NCBI GenBank assembly: GCA_951406725.2
Contig: OX597816.1
Location: forward strand, 154,938,001-155,002,000
Direction: 5' to 3'
Source of the DNA: Octopus vulgaris
Taxonomy: Eukaryota
DNA length: 64,000 nt
Part shown: positions 39,145 through 53,534 of the stretch, piece by piece
How the letters are laid out: the number at the start of each line of letters is the position of its first letter
Numbering within the stretch: the first letter of the stretch is position 1
The notes under the pieces: model-generated
What the model saw: only the letters and a program-made list of their open reading frames with translations
Database searches by the model: none
Told to the model about the DNA's origin: nothing
Made by a program: the position numbers and the translations under genes

Positions 39145-39582
39145 TCTTGGAGGTATAAGGCCTCAAATTTGTGAAGAGGGGACTAGTCGATTACATCGAC
39201 CCCATGTTTCACTGGTATTTAATTTATCGACTCCGAAAGGATGAAAGGCAAAGTCGACCTCGGCGGAATTTGAAGTCAGAACATAAAGACGGACGAAATG
39301 CCGCAAAACATTTTCCCCAGCGTGCTAAAGATTCTGCTAGCTCACCGCCTCCAGTAATAAAAATTGTAATCATTTTTTGCTACAGGCACAAGACCTGAAA
39401 TTTGTGGGGAGAGGACTATTCGATTACATCGCCCCCAGTGTTTCACTGGTACTTAATTTATCCACACCGAAAGGATGAAAGGCAGTGACGCCCTCGGCAG
39501 AATTTTAACGCAGAACATAAAACGGGTCGAAATGCCGCTAAGCATTTCTCCCGGCGTGCTACCTATTTTGCCAGCTCACCGT
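39145..39582 (-). mobile_element. Two head-to-tail SINE family B copies
   Basis: CGATTACATCG..CTGGTA..GAAAGGATGAAAGGCA..GAAATGCCGC occurs twice. Confidence 0.82.
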
Positions 39583-39595
39583 CTTTGTGTCAATG

Positions 39596-39639
<44 letters not shown>

Positions 39640-40360
39640 CAACAACAACAAAATGAAATCATTGATCATGTTGTCTCCAAGTGCAGTCTTCTAGCGCCTA
39701 CAGAGTATCTCAACAGGCATGATAGAGCTGCACAATATATTCACTGGGTAATCTACAAAAACCTGAATTTGCCCCATGAAAAAAACTGGTGGGAACACAA
39801 ACCACCTCCAGTGCTTGAAAATGACACATCTCACTCCTCTGGAACTTCCCCATTCAAACTGACAGAAAGATAGATGCAAATAGGCCAGACATCATATTGA
39901 AAGACTTCAAACAAAGAACATGCCTCCTCATTGATATGACTGTCCCAATCGATATAAACGTATCTGTCAAGACCTACCAAAAACTGAGCAAATATAAAGA
40001 TCTTGAAATAGAAATCAGCAAAATGTGGAACCTGAAGACTAAAACAATACCTGTTGTCATAGGTGCCCTGGGAATGATAGCAAAAGGGGACTGATAGCTA
40101 CCTAACTCAGATACCAGGAAACCCCAAAATGGCAGAAATTCAAAAGATAGTGCTCATGGGAACTGCTCATATCCTACGCAAAATACTTTCTATGTAACTT
40201 TCTTTTCTTTTATTTTTAGGCATTTACTAGTACAACACTAAATACAAAACCAAATATATGGCACACGAGGCGTACGAACTTCCACCCTGTTGCCTCTTGA
40301 TGTCTCTGGGTGAGACTTGGAGCCAACTTGTACAAATATAAAGCAAAAGTCAAACATAGA
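39640..40360 (+). mobile_element. 5'-truncated R4/Dong-like retrotransposon (zinc knuckle, RLE, 3' UTR) in (AAT)n
   Basis: EIIDHVVSKC..RHD..WWEH.P..TDRKIDANRPDI..LIDMTVP..KLSKYKDL..IPVVIGALG..GTAHILRKILSM*; (AAT)n on both sides. Confidence 0.92.
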
Positions 40361-40528
<168 letters not shown>

Positions 40529-40589
40529 ATTTCTTTTATATGTCACCACGGCGAAGGATGTCGGGTTCAATACAAAGACATACATAAAG

Positions 40590-41190
40590 TGCTTACATAT
40601 CATGAAATGTTGAAAGAAATAAATAACAAAAAAGGGGACTAAGTATACACAGTATACAATGAAAAGAAAGGTATATACTATGTGTATATACACATAGTAT
40701 ACAGAGATAAAAAAAAAGAGACATGAGTATGATGTAGTCTTTCTGACACAAGAGGACCGCTAGGGATAATTGATGAACCCCGCTGTCCAAGATCTCCCTG
40801 AATACCAAGAGCAAGTGTCTTCTCCAATTCCCTTTCTCCGACTCACAGGTCTACACTTAGAGCAGAACCATCCACTCTTGCCATTTTCACAACTTTCACT
40901 AACCTTTCAATAATCTCACTCAAGGACAGCACCTCCCTCTCCACCCTTACTTTCCTTTTCAAGGGAAACTTGAGAAAGTCGATGTTGCCTCTACCATAAA
41001 GGAATGTATCTGTCCTCATGCGTTTCAACCTCGTGCTCTAGACAACCTCTTTCGCCTCAACCACCAAGTAAAGGAAAACTGCCTTACCTACCCGATTAAA
41101 GGAGGGCGGCGTGTCAATCATCACTATGGATTCAGCCAATTAACGGATCCGTGTTACACGCAACAGCAGCTGTTCCGCATAACCCCACAA
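40590..41190 (-). mobile_element. 3' end of a Tx1/L1-like LINE
   Basis: LWGYAEQLL..AVFLYLVVEAKEVV*STRLK..LKRKVRVEREVL resembles the ORF2 tail downstream of zf-RVT (AK..IW..R). Confidence 0.55.
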
Positions 41191-41491
41191 TAATAATGAT
41201 GATTTGGTAACTAAAAGATTAAACTAATTAAATGATCAATATTGAGCAGTATACTTTACAACGTAGGGAACACTAGATGTGAACTTTGCCACAAGAGTCA
41301 ATATTAATCCTTACGCCGGAGTATAATATCGTGAATAAAGCACGTAAACTAACTGTAAGATGTAAACATTTTTCTAACAAAACCTTTAAATCACTCAATG
41401 GATAAATAAGCATTTTGAACACTTAGATATGGTAACTCCCGTATACCTTCCTGGTCCAATAGTTTACAGCTAATAGCATATTTATATTGTA

Positions 41492-41875
41492 CTAGCAGTA
41501 TCGCCCGGCGTTGCTCGGGTTTGTAAGGGAAATAACTATAAAGCATTTTTAGAGAGTTATAGCCAAAAAATAGCAAAAAAATGGGGAAAAAAATGATGGT
41601 AAATTTTTTTGATAGTTAAAAAGGTCGAGTTGCGTCCCCTAGACCATCGGTGGTTTGTGTTTCTGATTGTCGACCCCATGTCGAATTTATCGATCTTTTT
41701 CAGAACTGGGGGAACTTTTCAAAATTTTCGCTGCGTTAGTTTTGAATTATGACATTGGGCTATGTGTGCGTCAAGTTTCATCAGAATCGGTTGAAAACCG
41801 TTGTCAGGGTGAGGGTACAAGCAAACAGACACACAGAAACACGCACAGACAAACTGCCGTTTATATAGAGAGAGA
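41492..41875 (-). mobile_element. Non-autonomous Helitron
   Basis: Minus strand starts A^TC, ends with the hairpin CCCGAGCAACGCCGGG then CTAG^T; shares its body with 47710-48210. Confidence 0.8.
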
Positions 41876-42864
41876 TGTTGATTGTCAACCCTTTTCTCTA
41901 TTTATTATGATTATGAGATATCCATTTTATTTTTCCTATACCTCCTATTATTTCCATTTATATTATTTTTATTGATTTTGTGTTTGTTCAATCTTCTTTT
42001 AGAACTTACTTTATTTAATCTACCATTCTCCTTAAGAATTATATCCTAATCTTATTATTGTTTTGATAATTATATCTCAGTCATATATTTTAGGATCATA
42101 TTTTAGTCTTAGTCTTATTGTTTACCAGTTATGGTTTATTTATGATCAACACAAATAATATGCTACATCAGACTTGTGTCCTAGAACAGATGAAAACACA
42201 GTTAAAACCCTGAAAACAATAAATATGAATCGTTGATCCAGTGAAAATAAACACCAGTGAAATGATGGTGAAACTCTCTCTTACTCATATTTTGGATATA
42301 CTACTGAGTGAAAGGGTGGAGGGAGTCTATGTCTGCTTGCGACTGCATAGGCACCTAAAACAATTAATGAATGAATGTACGTTATCATTCATCATACAAC
42401 CATTTTAAAATATGAGCTCATATAAAAACAGTACTCAATGCGTTACAGATACAGTCAAAAATGATATTTATTAATAAAGATAATTTTATTAACTCCATGA
42501 TTCCGAGACGTGTAAGAAACATATATTTCCTGTCTAGAGCAATGTTATTTAAATGACTAATTAAATGTATTTGTATATAGATTTATCGTTACTTAGTATA
42601 TATATAAAGTGAATAAAACTACCAATTTAAAGGCATCTATGCGATGAAAAAAATATCGGAAGAATACAGTCGAAAGAAATTTCTCGCACATTTTTACATG
42701 TCTATATGAGTATTTGTGTTGTGTGTGTGTGTTTGTGTGCGTGCGTGATGTGTATGTGTGTGTTTGTGTGCGTGTGTGGTGTGTGTGTGTGTGTGTGTGT
42801 TTGTGTGTGTGGTGTGTGTGCGCGTGTGTGCGCGCATGTTGTACATGTTAATATATCTAGTTTT

Positions 42865-43042
42865 AAGGCGATAAGCTGGCGGAGTCGTTAACACGCCGGG
42901 CGAAATAGTGACGTTTCGTCTGTCTTCATGTTTTGAGTTCAAATTCCACCAAGATCCACTTTGCTTTTATCCTTTTCGTGGGGCGATGCAGTCGACTTAC
43001 CCCTCCCCCAAAACTGCTGGCCTTGTGCCCAAATTTGAAATC
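42865..43042 (+). mobile_element. SINE family B (monomer, internally deleted)
   Basis: AGCTGGCGGAGTCGTTAACACGCCGGGCGAAAT..GAGTTCAAATTCC. Confidence 0.78.
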
Positions 43043-45295
43043 AGTTTAATATCTAATTTTTCTGGCAGCCTTTATTCATAACTTAAGAACGGCAAAGAAA
43101 AATATACGCCTAGTTACCAAGTGTATGGTTATTTTCTAAAACTTGAATACGCTTTTTTATTCATTATGGCAGGTCAGGTGTAAACACTTCAGATTTATTT
43201 ACTCACCAGCAAATTGAGTATACATCAAGCATTTGTTGAGAAATTCAGAAATAAAATTGTAGAAATGAATATTATCTGGCAACTGAAAGCTAAAACACTT
43301 ACCACACAGCTACGCCTGTGCCAACATGTACGGGATAGTTGTTTTTCGCTTATGGGAAAAATGGTAAAATAAGGGCGAATATTTATTTTATGAGTGCTTT
43401 GTATTAAGTCTATAAATTTGTGCATATAGGATTTAAAGTGTATATATAAAGTGCATTAAGTAATCATCGTATTCCAATTTCTTTCACTTTTCAATGAGTT
43501 GCAGATTATCGACTAATTTTCCATACAGACACAACATTTTGGATAAAGTTTTCAGCAATATCCCAATAGGATTATCATTAATTCCCTGAAATATTCACGG
43601 GTTCCGCGAGGGTAATGAATTGCAGGATTCGGTGTATTACAGGTTTTAACTCTCGAGTTGCTGTGCATGCAACACTTAAGAAAATATACTAACGTTAAGT
43701 TATTTCGGAACCAAATGTGTTCTATTCTTCTTGCTGCTGTGTTAAAGCAACAGAAAACTTCCCTGCCAACTAACAATATAGTTTATATCTTGAGAAAAAT
43801 CGAAGCAAAATATAAAGATTACACTATATTTTCACCAAGGCAAAAAGAGACAATATTCTCTTATACTGTTATAAAGCGGTCTTTTGCCACTGTTGTATTT
43901 GTCTTTGCACGAGGGTTGTCGCTCTGACAGATATTGTTATATTCCGAGGTCGTCGACAGAATGTTTCTATCTGGCAATCTACGACCCCCAGTCGTACTGT
44001 GCTATTATCCTGAAAAAATTGGATCATTATAACGTCCACTCAGTATCACAGTATAGTTACTATATTAGCACAGACACTACTATCAACACAGTCTACACGT
44101 ACTCTCTCGATACTGGCCGATGTCACCTTACTTATTGTGACTGTCTCCTTCCACTTGTCATGTCGGAGGGGTGTACCATTATTATGAATTCGCTACAACA
44201 TATACTAAATGCATAAGAAAATTATTTTTGTGCCTATAGTATAGAGTTAATTAAATTGTCACAGGTACTTATTGACATTTTATTATTTTTATTGAATTTT
44301 ATTTGATGAAATCAGTAATATTCCTTTGGATTTACACCCAAGGCGTCTATTTCGGGTTTATGCATGCTTTATCGCTCATAATTATATTCACATACAATTA
44401 CTATGGTTATCATCAAATGGAGGGTCCTCCCAACTAATCGGCTTTGAGACCAGATTCAGTGTTTGAAATATTCTCGCTTCATGCACGCCTGCCAAACATG
44501 CCAGTCAGCATACAATTCTGTGCTATCGCACACATAGGAATTAGGTGTGTTGCCACATGTAAGCAATGTTAATTGCAATAGCAAAAGTTTCCATAAAGCG
44601 TAAATTTGCTGCACTGTAGACAATTATACAATCACAGAAATGATAGGTTTTTTGATTCAAACAATTAGGAGCAATTTAAGCTAACCACTATCAATTTTAG
44701 GCCGTTTGATCGTGCAATAACTGCTCGTAGATTATGCCAGCTCCACCGCATTTTCTAGAAATATTTTACCATGTTTATCATATCAGCTCACTTACTGAAT
44801 GAATGATAAAAATCTTGCTGATATAACCAGGAGAATGTGTGATGAGATTTTCCTATCTTATAAACAAATGGTATTTGAAGTCTATCAGGATTTTAAATCA
44901 AATACAGACAAACAATGTTGTTATTGTAAACAGTCAGTTAAGTTCCATCTCAAAATAGGCGTGTGGTGGTGCAAAATAAATAACTTCTAACTTACAAACA
45001 AAAGATGTTAGAAATTAACTATCAATGTATCGTATTTAATGTAAATATATCGATGAAAGGAAAATTTAATTAAGTATTCGTCCAGAGTTAAGACATCTTA
45101 TGGACATATTGTGTTCAAAAAATATAGTATACATCGGAGGGAGACGAAAATCGTCTTAACAGCAGTTAGCAAGAACGCCAGATAAATATCGGTCTCGCTT
45201 GGCATTGTTAATGGCGTGTACTAATAACCAGCAACAAACTTAGACGTAACTTATCATTTACGAGAAATAAGAAAACGGCGAAAAACTTTCTCTGC

Positions 45296-45374
<79 letters not shown>

Positions 45375-45402
45375 GTATGTATATATGAATGTATATATAT
45401 AT

Positions 45403-45965
45403 ATAATAGAAATATTAAAATTACTAAGTCTCTATAAAAGAGATTATGGCAGCGTTTACTGGAAATTAATTGTTATCGCCATATTAATATGGCATTCTTA
45501 TAGATATAAGAATAATCGCTGCCATGGTCAGCTCCATGAGGTCACCGCCATCAAGATAGCTATTGATACACGATCTGTATCCATTATAACCTTCGAACAA
45601 GGGAGGTCAGCCGCTTCACACTGCCAGTCCGACAGCTACAGACGCGTTTCGGGGTATTGCCCCTTGTCAATGTAGCGCAGTCAGACCCGCAGGTGTCGCC
45701 ACTGACGTCTCTGTTCGAAGGCTTATATTTACCTAGTTTCAGTGGAATACATCCACATGTTTTCAATAATAGAAATATTAAAATTACTAAGTCTCTATAA
45801 AAGAGATTATGGCAGCGTTTACCGGAAATTAATTGTTATCGCCATATTAATATGGCATTCTTATAGATATAAGAATAATCGCTGCCATGGTCAGCACCAT
45901 GAGGCCACCGCCATCAAGATAGCTATTGATACACGATTTGTATCCATTATAACCTTCGAACAAGG
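45403..45965 (-). mobile_element. Partial-tandem element (363-bp unit, 1.55 copies) carrying a hammerhead; retrozyme-like
   Basis: 45403-45602 is repeated at 45766-45965 with 4 substitutions; (TA)n on both sides; no meaningful ORF. Confidence 0.85.
45635..45676 (-). ncRNA. Minimal type-I hammerhead ribozyme, U3-A8 core variant
   Basis: Minus strand: GCTACA-TTGACAA-GGGG-CAATA-CCCC-GAAA-CGCG-TC-TGTAGC; all stems perfect, GUC cleavage triplet. Confidence 0.85.
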
Positions 45966-46066
45966 TTATATATATATATACTTTTCATCATTTTGTGGTG
46001 AAGGGGAAAATTCTCTAAATTGCCTTGAAACACAGGTGTGTATGTGAGAGTGTATCAGTGTGTGTG

Positions 46067-46068
<2 letters not shown>

Positions 46069-46125
<57 letters not shown>
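46069..46125. repeat. (GA)n microsatellite
   Basis: Direct reading. Confidence 0.97.
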
Positions 46126-46130
<5 letters not shown>

Positions 46131-47002
46131 GACAGAGGAGGATGAAGAGAAGGCAAAGGAGAGAAGACATTTTTTTCACACTTTAGGTGAGAGAATTTGA
46201 CATCAGAAGGAAAGCAAATTTTTCCGTTGCCATATGCTACCTCTCCTTGGCGTTCGCTTTTAAGATAATAATCTCTTTATAGAAAATGGAATGTTTTCTT
46301 ATTCAAACCCAACAATTTCTTTATCGTATGCTGCGTATAAATGCATTTTCAGAAGTTGATATTAAAAGTCTCTCAAATAATTAAGGCTTTCAGTATATAA
46401 GCAGCAACATCGTAACAGTATTTTCAGGAATTCAAAGGAAATTTTCTTGTTAGAAACTAATGGTGTGGAAGATTGTTTCAATACTTTTGATATCGCCTTC
46501 ACTACTGTTTTCACTGGGGAACATTGGAAAACTAGTAATGGAAAAACTACTTTAAGTTTTAGATAAAATAAATATTTTCAACAATGAAACCACCAGATTT
46601 GTTGTTACTAACATAGAGTTCGATTAGTTCAGAGTGACAGCAAATGATAGCTAATAAGTTGATTAAGGTCAACAAGTTAAGTACCATTTCACAAAACACA
46701 GATCCCATTAACTCATATTGTATTATAAAACATTTAGAACTGATAGAGTTTTTCGACAAGGGATCGATTTTACATAATCTCCTAAAATGCTTTCATCGTG
46801 TTGTCGGCGACTGATCTTTCTATCATATTACAGAACAAAGAGATGATTTAATGAAATCTAATTAAATAATGGATTCAGCTTTTCTGCAAAGCATTTTAGC
46901 ACGTGAATGGAAAAACAAATGTTTGCAGAAATCAGAAATATACCTTTTTCAACATAGTACAAAAAGACATACATACATGCGCATATGTATGTATGCATAT
47001 AT

Positions 47003-47035
<33 letters not shown>

Positions 47036-47214
47036 GGTGCAGGCGTGGCTGTGTGTTAACAAGCTTGCTACCCAACCACATGGTTCGGTTCAGTTCCACT
47101 GCGTGGCACCTTGGGCAAGTGTCTTCTACTATTCTACAATAGCTTCGCGCCGACCAAAGCCTTGCCAGTGGATTTGATAGAGGGAAACTGAAAGAAACCC
47201 GTCGTACTTATATT

Positions 47215-47304
<90 letters not shown>

Positions 47305-47390
47305 TGTATGTATGTATTTGTGCGCCTGTGTGTGTCTCACTACCATTGCTTGACAATCGATGCTGGTGTGTTTACGTCCCCGCAACTTAT
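47036..47390 (+). mobile_element. SINE family A, 3'-truncated
   Basis: GGTGCAGGCGTGGCTGTGTG..CACCTTGGGCAAGTGTCTTC. Confidence 0.85.
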
Positions 47391-47657
47391 ATCTGAATGT
47401 GTGTGTATGTGCATATGTGTGTAGTTGCTTAAATATTTGTCTCTGCACACGCACACGCACACACACACACACACTCACACACACTCACACACATACACTC
47501 AAGCACGCGCATATAATTCTGGAAGCTTTTCATCTTCCTATTCTAATTTGACTTTTATGTGAAGAAAGCTAGTATCACACATTCCGTCTGATTTGGACAA
47601 AGTGAAGACCTACAAAACTCACTTTGACCTGGTTACTTAAGTTTGAACCGATTGCCA

Positions 47658-47709
<52 letters not shown>

Positions 47710-47710
<1 letters not shown>

Positions 47711-48203
47711 TAGCAGCATAGCCCGGCATTGCCCGGATATGTAAGAGCCCCTGGAACAGACATGATGCTTGCTGTGAATTAAAAAAAAATTCCTGCCAAT
47801 TTGTGAAAGATATTCTCGAAAATATGTCATCTTGAATTTGAACGCGATTTCCCAAAATGGCATGATTTTATCGATTTTTTCTAATGGTAAGGTATTGCAT
47901 GGAAAACTAACGTCAGAATTAAGTTTCTTATGGTAACATTAAGCTTCAGCATGAGTTTGGTGAAAATCGATTGCAAGTTGCGAAAACTACAACAGAAAAT
48001 GTGTTGCAAATAAAAAGCTTAGATTCTCGATCCCACGTCGAATCTATCAATTTTTTTCAGAACTGGGGGAACTTTTCAAAATTTTCGCTGCGTTAGTTGT
48101 GAATTATGACATTGGGCTATGTGTGTGTCAAGTTTCATCAGAATCGGTTGAAAGCCGTGGTCAGGATGAGGGTACAACCTGACAGACACACAGACAAACT
48201 GCC

Positions 48204-48210
<7 letters not shown>
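47710..48210 (-). mobile_element. Non-autonomous Helitron (relative of 41492-41875)
   Basis: CTAG end with a CCGGGCAATGCCGG hairpin; shares the AACTGGGGGAACTTTTCAAAATTTTCGCTGCG..ACAGACAAACTGCCGT block. Confidence 0.78.
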
Positions 48211-48234
<24 letters not shown>

Positions 48235-49216
48235 AATGTATCTAAGTATCTAAGTATGGATGTGTATATGTATGGATGTTATCCTTTCCCCTGTTCTTTT
48301 TTCTCTCTGAACCTCTCTCCCCTCTCCCCTCTCCCTTTCTCACACTTGTCCTGTACGTGACCAGTCGCAAATTCTCTTGGTAAGCTATTAAGACCGTTAT
48401 ACGGGTGGATATAAGTATGCAAACAGACAGTTACATAATCAAATACCTGTATTCTTGGAGAACTACGAAACAATTGCGAATAATAAATAAATGTCCAACC
48501 ATTAACGATTAAAAAAACTAAAATGTATAATTTTAAGTGAATGATGGGGAGCATGAGCAAGACTCCAGAATAAATATTGAAACAAATTTGATTAGAGACA
48601 TATGATACAGGAAATGTAGCGAAATATAATGATCAAATTAATGATCCTTTCATGTTCCTGTGGTATGGTACAATTTCATAATTGTGGTATATGCGCGTGT
48701 GTGTGTGTGTGTGCGTGCGCGCGTGTTTATGTGTGATTGTTATCTGAAGAGGAAATATAACGGAAGTTAAAAGAAATATATAAAAGAATTGAAGTAAAAG
48801 CTCAGAACTAAAGTATGAAGTAAAACGTCAAAGATGCAATGTTGAAAGCAACGAGGAGTGATGTACGTGAAATATATGTGATATTTTTTTAATGAGTAAA
48901 AAGAAAGGAAAAAGTGTGAATTATGTGAATTATTAAAAATTCTACGACTCCAACTATGAAGAGGTGGAGAATAGTACTGTGAATGGAAGTAGAGGCAGAT
49001 TAGTCGACGACGAAGAGAGTTGCTGAAGACGACGAAAGCATCATATTTAAACATATTATCGCGTAAAAGGTTATTGTAATTGAAAATACCATAAAGATTA
49101 AGAACATAATTGTACAGACACATAGTTAAAGAAGGAAATATGCATGAATAGTTTTAGTATTACATAGATACACACAAACACACATACATAAACGTTCAGC
49201 ATATAAACACAAATAC

Positions 49217-49247
<31 letters not shown>

Positions 49248-49256
49248 CTATATATA

Positions 49257-49331
<75 letters not shown>

Positions 49332-49335
<4 letters not shown>

Positions 49336-49527
49336 ATCCAAACATGAAAACACAAAGAGAAAACAGAACAACGCGAGAATGTGGAACATGTATAGTGTTA
49401 TCGGACGCTCAGGAAAGGAAAGAAAGAAGGAGGATTTAACGTTTCGTGCGGAGCTCTTCGTCAGAAACATAGAGAAAGGAAAGATCCAAGGAAGGACAAA
49501 ATCGCCAATGATACACACGCGGTCAAA
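49332..49527 (-). mobile_element. Penelope pLTR fragment abutting (TA)n
   Basis: Contains the hammerhead motif below; pyrimidine-rich tail on the minus strand. Confidence 0.6.
49434..49468 (-). ncRNA. Minimal hammerhead ribozyme motif (canonical core)
   Basis: Minus strand: GTTT-CTGACGA-AGAGC-TCC-GCAC-GAAA-CG-TT-AAAT; one mismatch in stem II. Confidence 0.6.
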
Positions 49528-49539
49528 GAGATCCTTCAA

Positions 49540-49800
49540 ATGTGTGTGTTAACATCCAGTTATTAAATCTCTGGTCCAATACTCAGGAAGTCATTGATTG
49601 GCTTGATAAATTAGATAATAAAAGTAGTAGTAAATCCATTCAATTGGACGTTAATAAGTATTACTCTTCAATTAATCCCATTGTACTAAATAGTGCACTT
49701 ACTTTTGGTAGAAACAATTCTAACCTAATATTAAGAGAACTTAAAGTTATTTTGGAAGCTAAGAATCTATCCATAACAAGTAGTGGGTCAGAAAAAATTC
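49540..49800 (+). mobile_element. Naiad-type Penelope RT fragment
   Basis: NLWSNTQEVIDWL..LDNK....IQLDVNKYYSSI...LNSALTF matches the RT2-3 region NQW.NT..VI.WF..FIQFDI..FYPSI. Confidence 0.8.
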
Positions 49801-50994
49801 TAATGATTATTTTGGCATGGAGTACAAATGACAAAAAAAAAATTAAAGGGGTGAAAGAAAAGTGTTATAAGTCCAACAGCTCATTCTGGGGACTCGCTGA
49901 TCCATAATGATGTCGGTAGATTTAGTTCTTCACATTATGCGGCTGTATGGATGCAATTAACATTGGATAAGACGAGTCTCTGTCATCAGAGAAGAGATCT
50001 TACATTTCAGATATTTCTTTGAACTTCTCTTCATTGCGTTAAATGATAGGCGATATAAAAAATTTACTTCAATTATAAAAAAAAATCACACTTTTGATTA
50101 TCATGACGACGACGACTACCACCACCACCGCCGTCTTTTAGTTCAGTTGTTGTTTATAACTACTATTCTTGCTGTAAAATACGAAATTCGAATAATAAAA
50201 TTAAAAAAAATAATAACACCCACGGTTACTTACCTAAATTATTTCACTGTCATTGAAAAAGCCATCTTTCTATCTATGAAAAGTTTAGTATTATTATTCC
50301 TTCTTCCGTCCACCTATCGATGTGGATAGATAGATAAATAGATCAAGAGATAAAAAATATTAAAAAATTGATTAAAATGTTATTTTCTTGTCAGACGCAA
50401 TAATATATGAAGTCTAAAATTTTCCCCTACTAAACACTTAATATTTCTCTCTCACTTTTTATCTCTACAAAATTTTTAAATATACTACTTTCCTCTTCAC
50501 GTCGTCATCATTTCTCTCTTTCTCTTTTTCTTCACCTCTCACTTCCACTCCTCACATGACAGCGTAATGCATCTTTTGGCAATAACGCCACTACCCTTGC
50601 TCTCCTCTTTTACTCTCCGTCCTTTCTATTTGCCTTTCTTTAACTTCACCACCTGAACATTACCTCTCTGCTAAACATTGTATTTATAGCTCTCTTTCTC
50701 TATATCACTCCATTCAACTAAATTTTTAAGCACTTAATAAATAAAATATTAAATTTTCCCTGCCTAACGTCGTTGACACTTCTCTCTCCCTCTTTCTTGC
50801 TCGCACTACGCCTGTCCCTTCAGCTAGTCCCTTGACAGCATAACCAATTTTGGCCTTAGCGTATTAATGTATAGATTACATTTTTTTTTGATGAAGGTGA
50901 AGTGAATTTTTACAATAAAGATATGTCCCGATCTAAATTAATAGAATGCGTCTTCTATAAGGTTAATGCTCCGATAACAAAAGGTGGTTGCAGT

Positions 50995-51420
50995 TAGGGT
51001 TGCCACTTTTTGGCTATTGAAGCTGTTTTTAGTCGGCACTTTAACGCTGGTAAGTAACGTTTTAAGGGATTTTTGTTGTCGTTTGTTTTTGCATATTATA
51101 TGTATTTCTTAGCTTTTGCTTCGATAATAGAAAGCTTTGATGAGTAGCACTATATGTTTCTGTTTTACTTAGGTTGTGTGTTGTGACGTAAGGAAGATAT
51201 TTCATGTATTGCAATTGATTTTCGTCTTTCGTAATTCTTAAATATTTATTGCTTTGGCAGTTCTATTCTGTTATCAATTAACTTTGTTAGGTGCTATCAT
51301 TCAAATAGTATTTGTTATAAATTCTGGAATTAATAATGGTTTTATTTGCAGAAATATCACTCGAAAAAAACGGACAGTATTTTGCTCTAGAAGCTGTTTA
51401 GGTGTTACTTTCATTTTGTG
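50995..51420 (-). mobile_element. Very decayed Naiad GIY-YIG remnant
   Basis: Minus strand ..YCPF.. and a terminal ALKCRLK resembling the Naiad E..KCRH end. Confidence 0.35.
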
Positions 51421-52470
51421 TAATTGGGTCGCGTTGTTTTATTATTGGAATTTCGGAAGGAATCGCTTGTATTTGTAACATACATAATCACTTAGGTCCG
51501 TTAAAACCCATAGATGCACGCATGTAGAAACTGATTTTAAGAATTAATTAGTTTGGACTTACAGACTTTTCTCACGACATATTACTATCCGTAATACCAT
51601 TAATTCTCCCTCGCATACGTCATTTTAGAATTCACCACCCGCAAGATCCTTAACCAATATGTAATTAGCCACTGTATGAAATTCAAGGAGACTGTCACTT
51701 TTTGGTATGATAAACTTAGCTTTCGACTCTTCATCAGATCTTGGGTTCTGCATCAGATAATGAATAACGTATATTATTTACGAGCCATGTATATAAGCAC
51801 ACATGCATGCAAACAAGATGTATAAACACCATGAGCACACACAGATTAGAGTGATTGCTGGGATCTCACTATTTTATCTCTTCACTGACTAATGGATTCA
51901 TCTAACTGTGCGCCTGTACTTAACTGATTATATTGTGTTATGGATAAAATTTTATTTGCTGTTTGCATTACTTATTCCCTATACTGTCCTGTGTTTCTTT
52001 CTTGTTCTGATTATAGATTAGTTTAAACATAGACAGGAGTGATTGTTGTCATTGATATTTAGCTTTACGGGGTATTCCAGCAATGACCAGAGTTTCATTT
52101 ATTCTGATAGAGTTATTGATGTAAGACTACATTACCAAACGTTTTAATTTCCTTTTCAGAGATAAGATGGCATGATTTGAGGCTAGATTTACCTGCTATT
52201 TCAAGCAGGCTAAGTTATCATGTAGAGATTACCTACTATTATTGCTGCAATGTATCGCATGTTCAACCCAGCTCAACTGATTTATAATTAAAGGCGTTCC
52301 ACCCATGATCATTCCTTCCTTCTACGTGTATATAGCATTAAAATTTCTACCGCGCCCATCCTTTATTTGCAATTGTGCAGTTTGAATGAGATTTAGCTGC
52401 TATTTCTTGACGATCATGCAGCAAAATATAGTTTTACTCAACGAGACAACTCCATTGTGTTAGTATAGAG

Positions 52471-52763
52471 CAGTGGTTCCTGACGTGGGCTGTATTGCTC
52501 CCTGGGGACGGTGCAAAGTTTCAAGGGGGTTTTGAAGAAAGGTGGGGCGATAATGGAGTGGCGATTCATGAAAAACAACTAAATAATGGGTTCGTTAGGT
52601 TGCTTTATTTGTGAAATGCAGTTGCTTCGAATTTGCCTCAGAAAATGGTCTAGGCTTATGATGGTTACTTGGGGTGGGGGCGCTAGGAAAATGGTTTGGG
52701 AATAAGTAATGCAAACAGCAAATGAAATTTTATCCATAACCCGAAATAGTTTGGGAACCACTG
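52471..52763. mobile_element. hAT-family MITE (293 bp)
   Basis: TIRs CAGTGGTTCC../..GGAACCACTG; 8-bp TSD GTATAGAG/GTCTAGAA (6 of 8 match). Confidence 0.8.
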
Positions 52764-53501
52764 GTCTAGAACATTTAATTACTTTATACACGCTGTATCC
52801 TCGCTGTTGACTGGGCATAGACATGAATTCACAAATTTCAATATAATTTACATATTTATAATTTGAAAATTGTCATACGATCTGTGGCGACACATTAATA
52901 TGCTTATGTTTATTCAAATTTATGGAATTAGGTAATAGATTAATAACTATGTTGTTCAGTAAATTGTGGCGATGTGAACTTCATTGAAGTGCGTCTTATA
53001 TAAACATTCTATACAAATACAAATGCTAATTAATTAGAAGCCGGTTAATATTTTATGAGTTAATGCAACCTCCTGGTTGTCCACAGAATTGATTTTTCCA
53101 AATGAATTGTTAGTCTTAAATGAATAGCTGTTCCAAATGATGTTTGATCCCTCTTCAACTAACATACACCTGCCTGAATAGAAATACATTTGTATACATA
53201 ATAAATGCACACTTACATATGTACAAATACACTCACGTACAAGCACATATATGCGCACAAGCAGAATATATTAATACTTACACTAACACGCATACGCATA
53301 CACTGTGTACTCGAGGCAATGATTAAATATAGTAGTGAATAGACTTCACTAATTATATATGGGTGGTATCTTGGAGAATGTTTATAATAGAAGAAGATCA
53401 TCCCCAGAGGTATACAGATTTATAATTTGTATGTTTGTATTCATTAATTAGAGGGCCGCAACCAGTAAGAAATACTGATGACAATACATTAGTTTATATA
53501 C

Positions 53502-53504
<3 letters not shown>

Positions 53505-53534
<30 letters not shown>

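Noticed and set aside
51712-51742. Minus-strand CTGATGA-AGAGTC-GAAA-GCTA motif
   Set aside because: Stem II is too short to form and stem I is unsupported; at best a deleted relic
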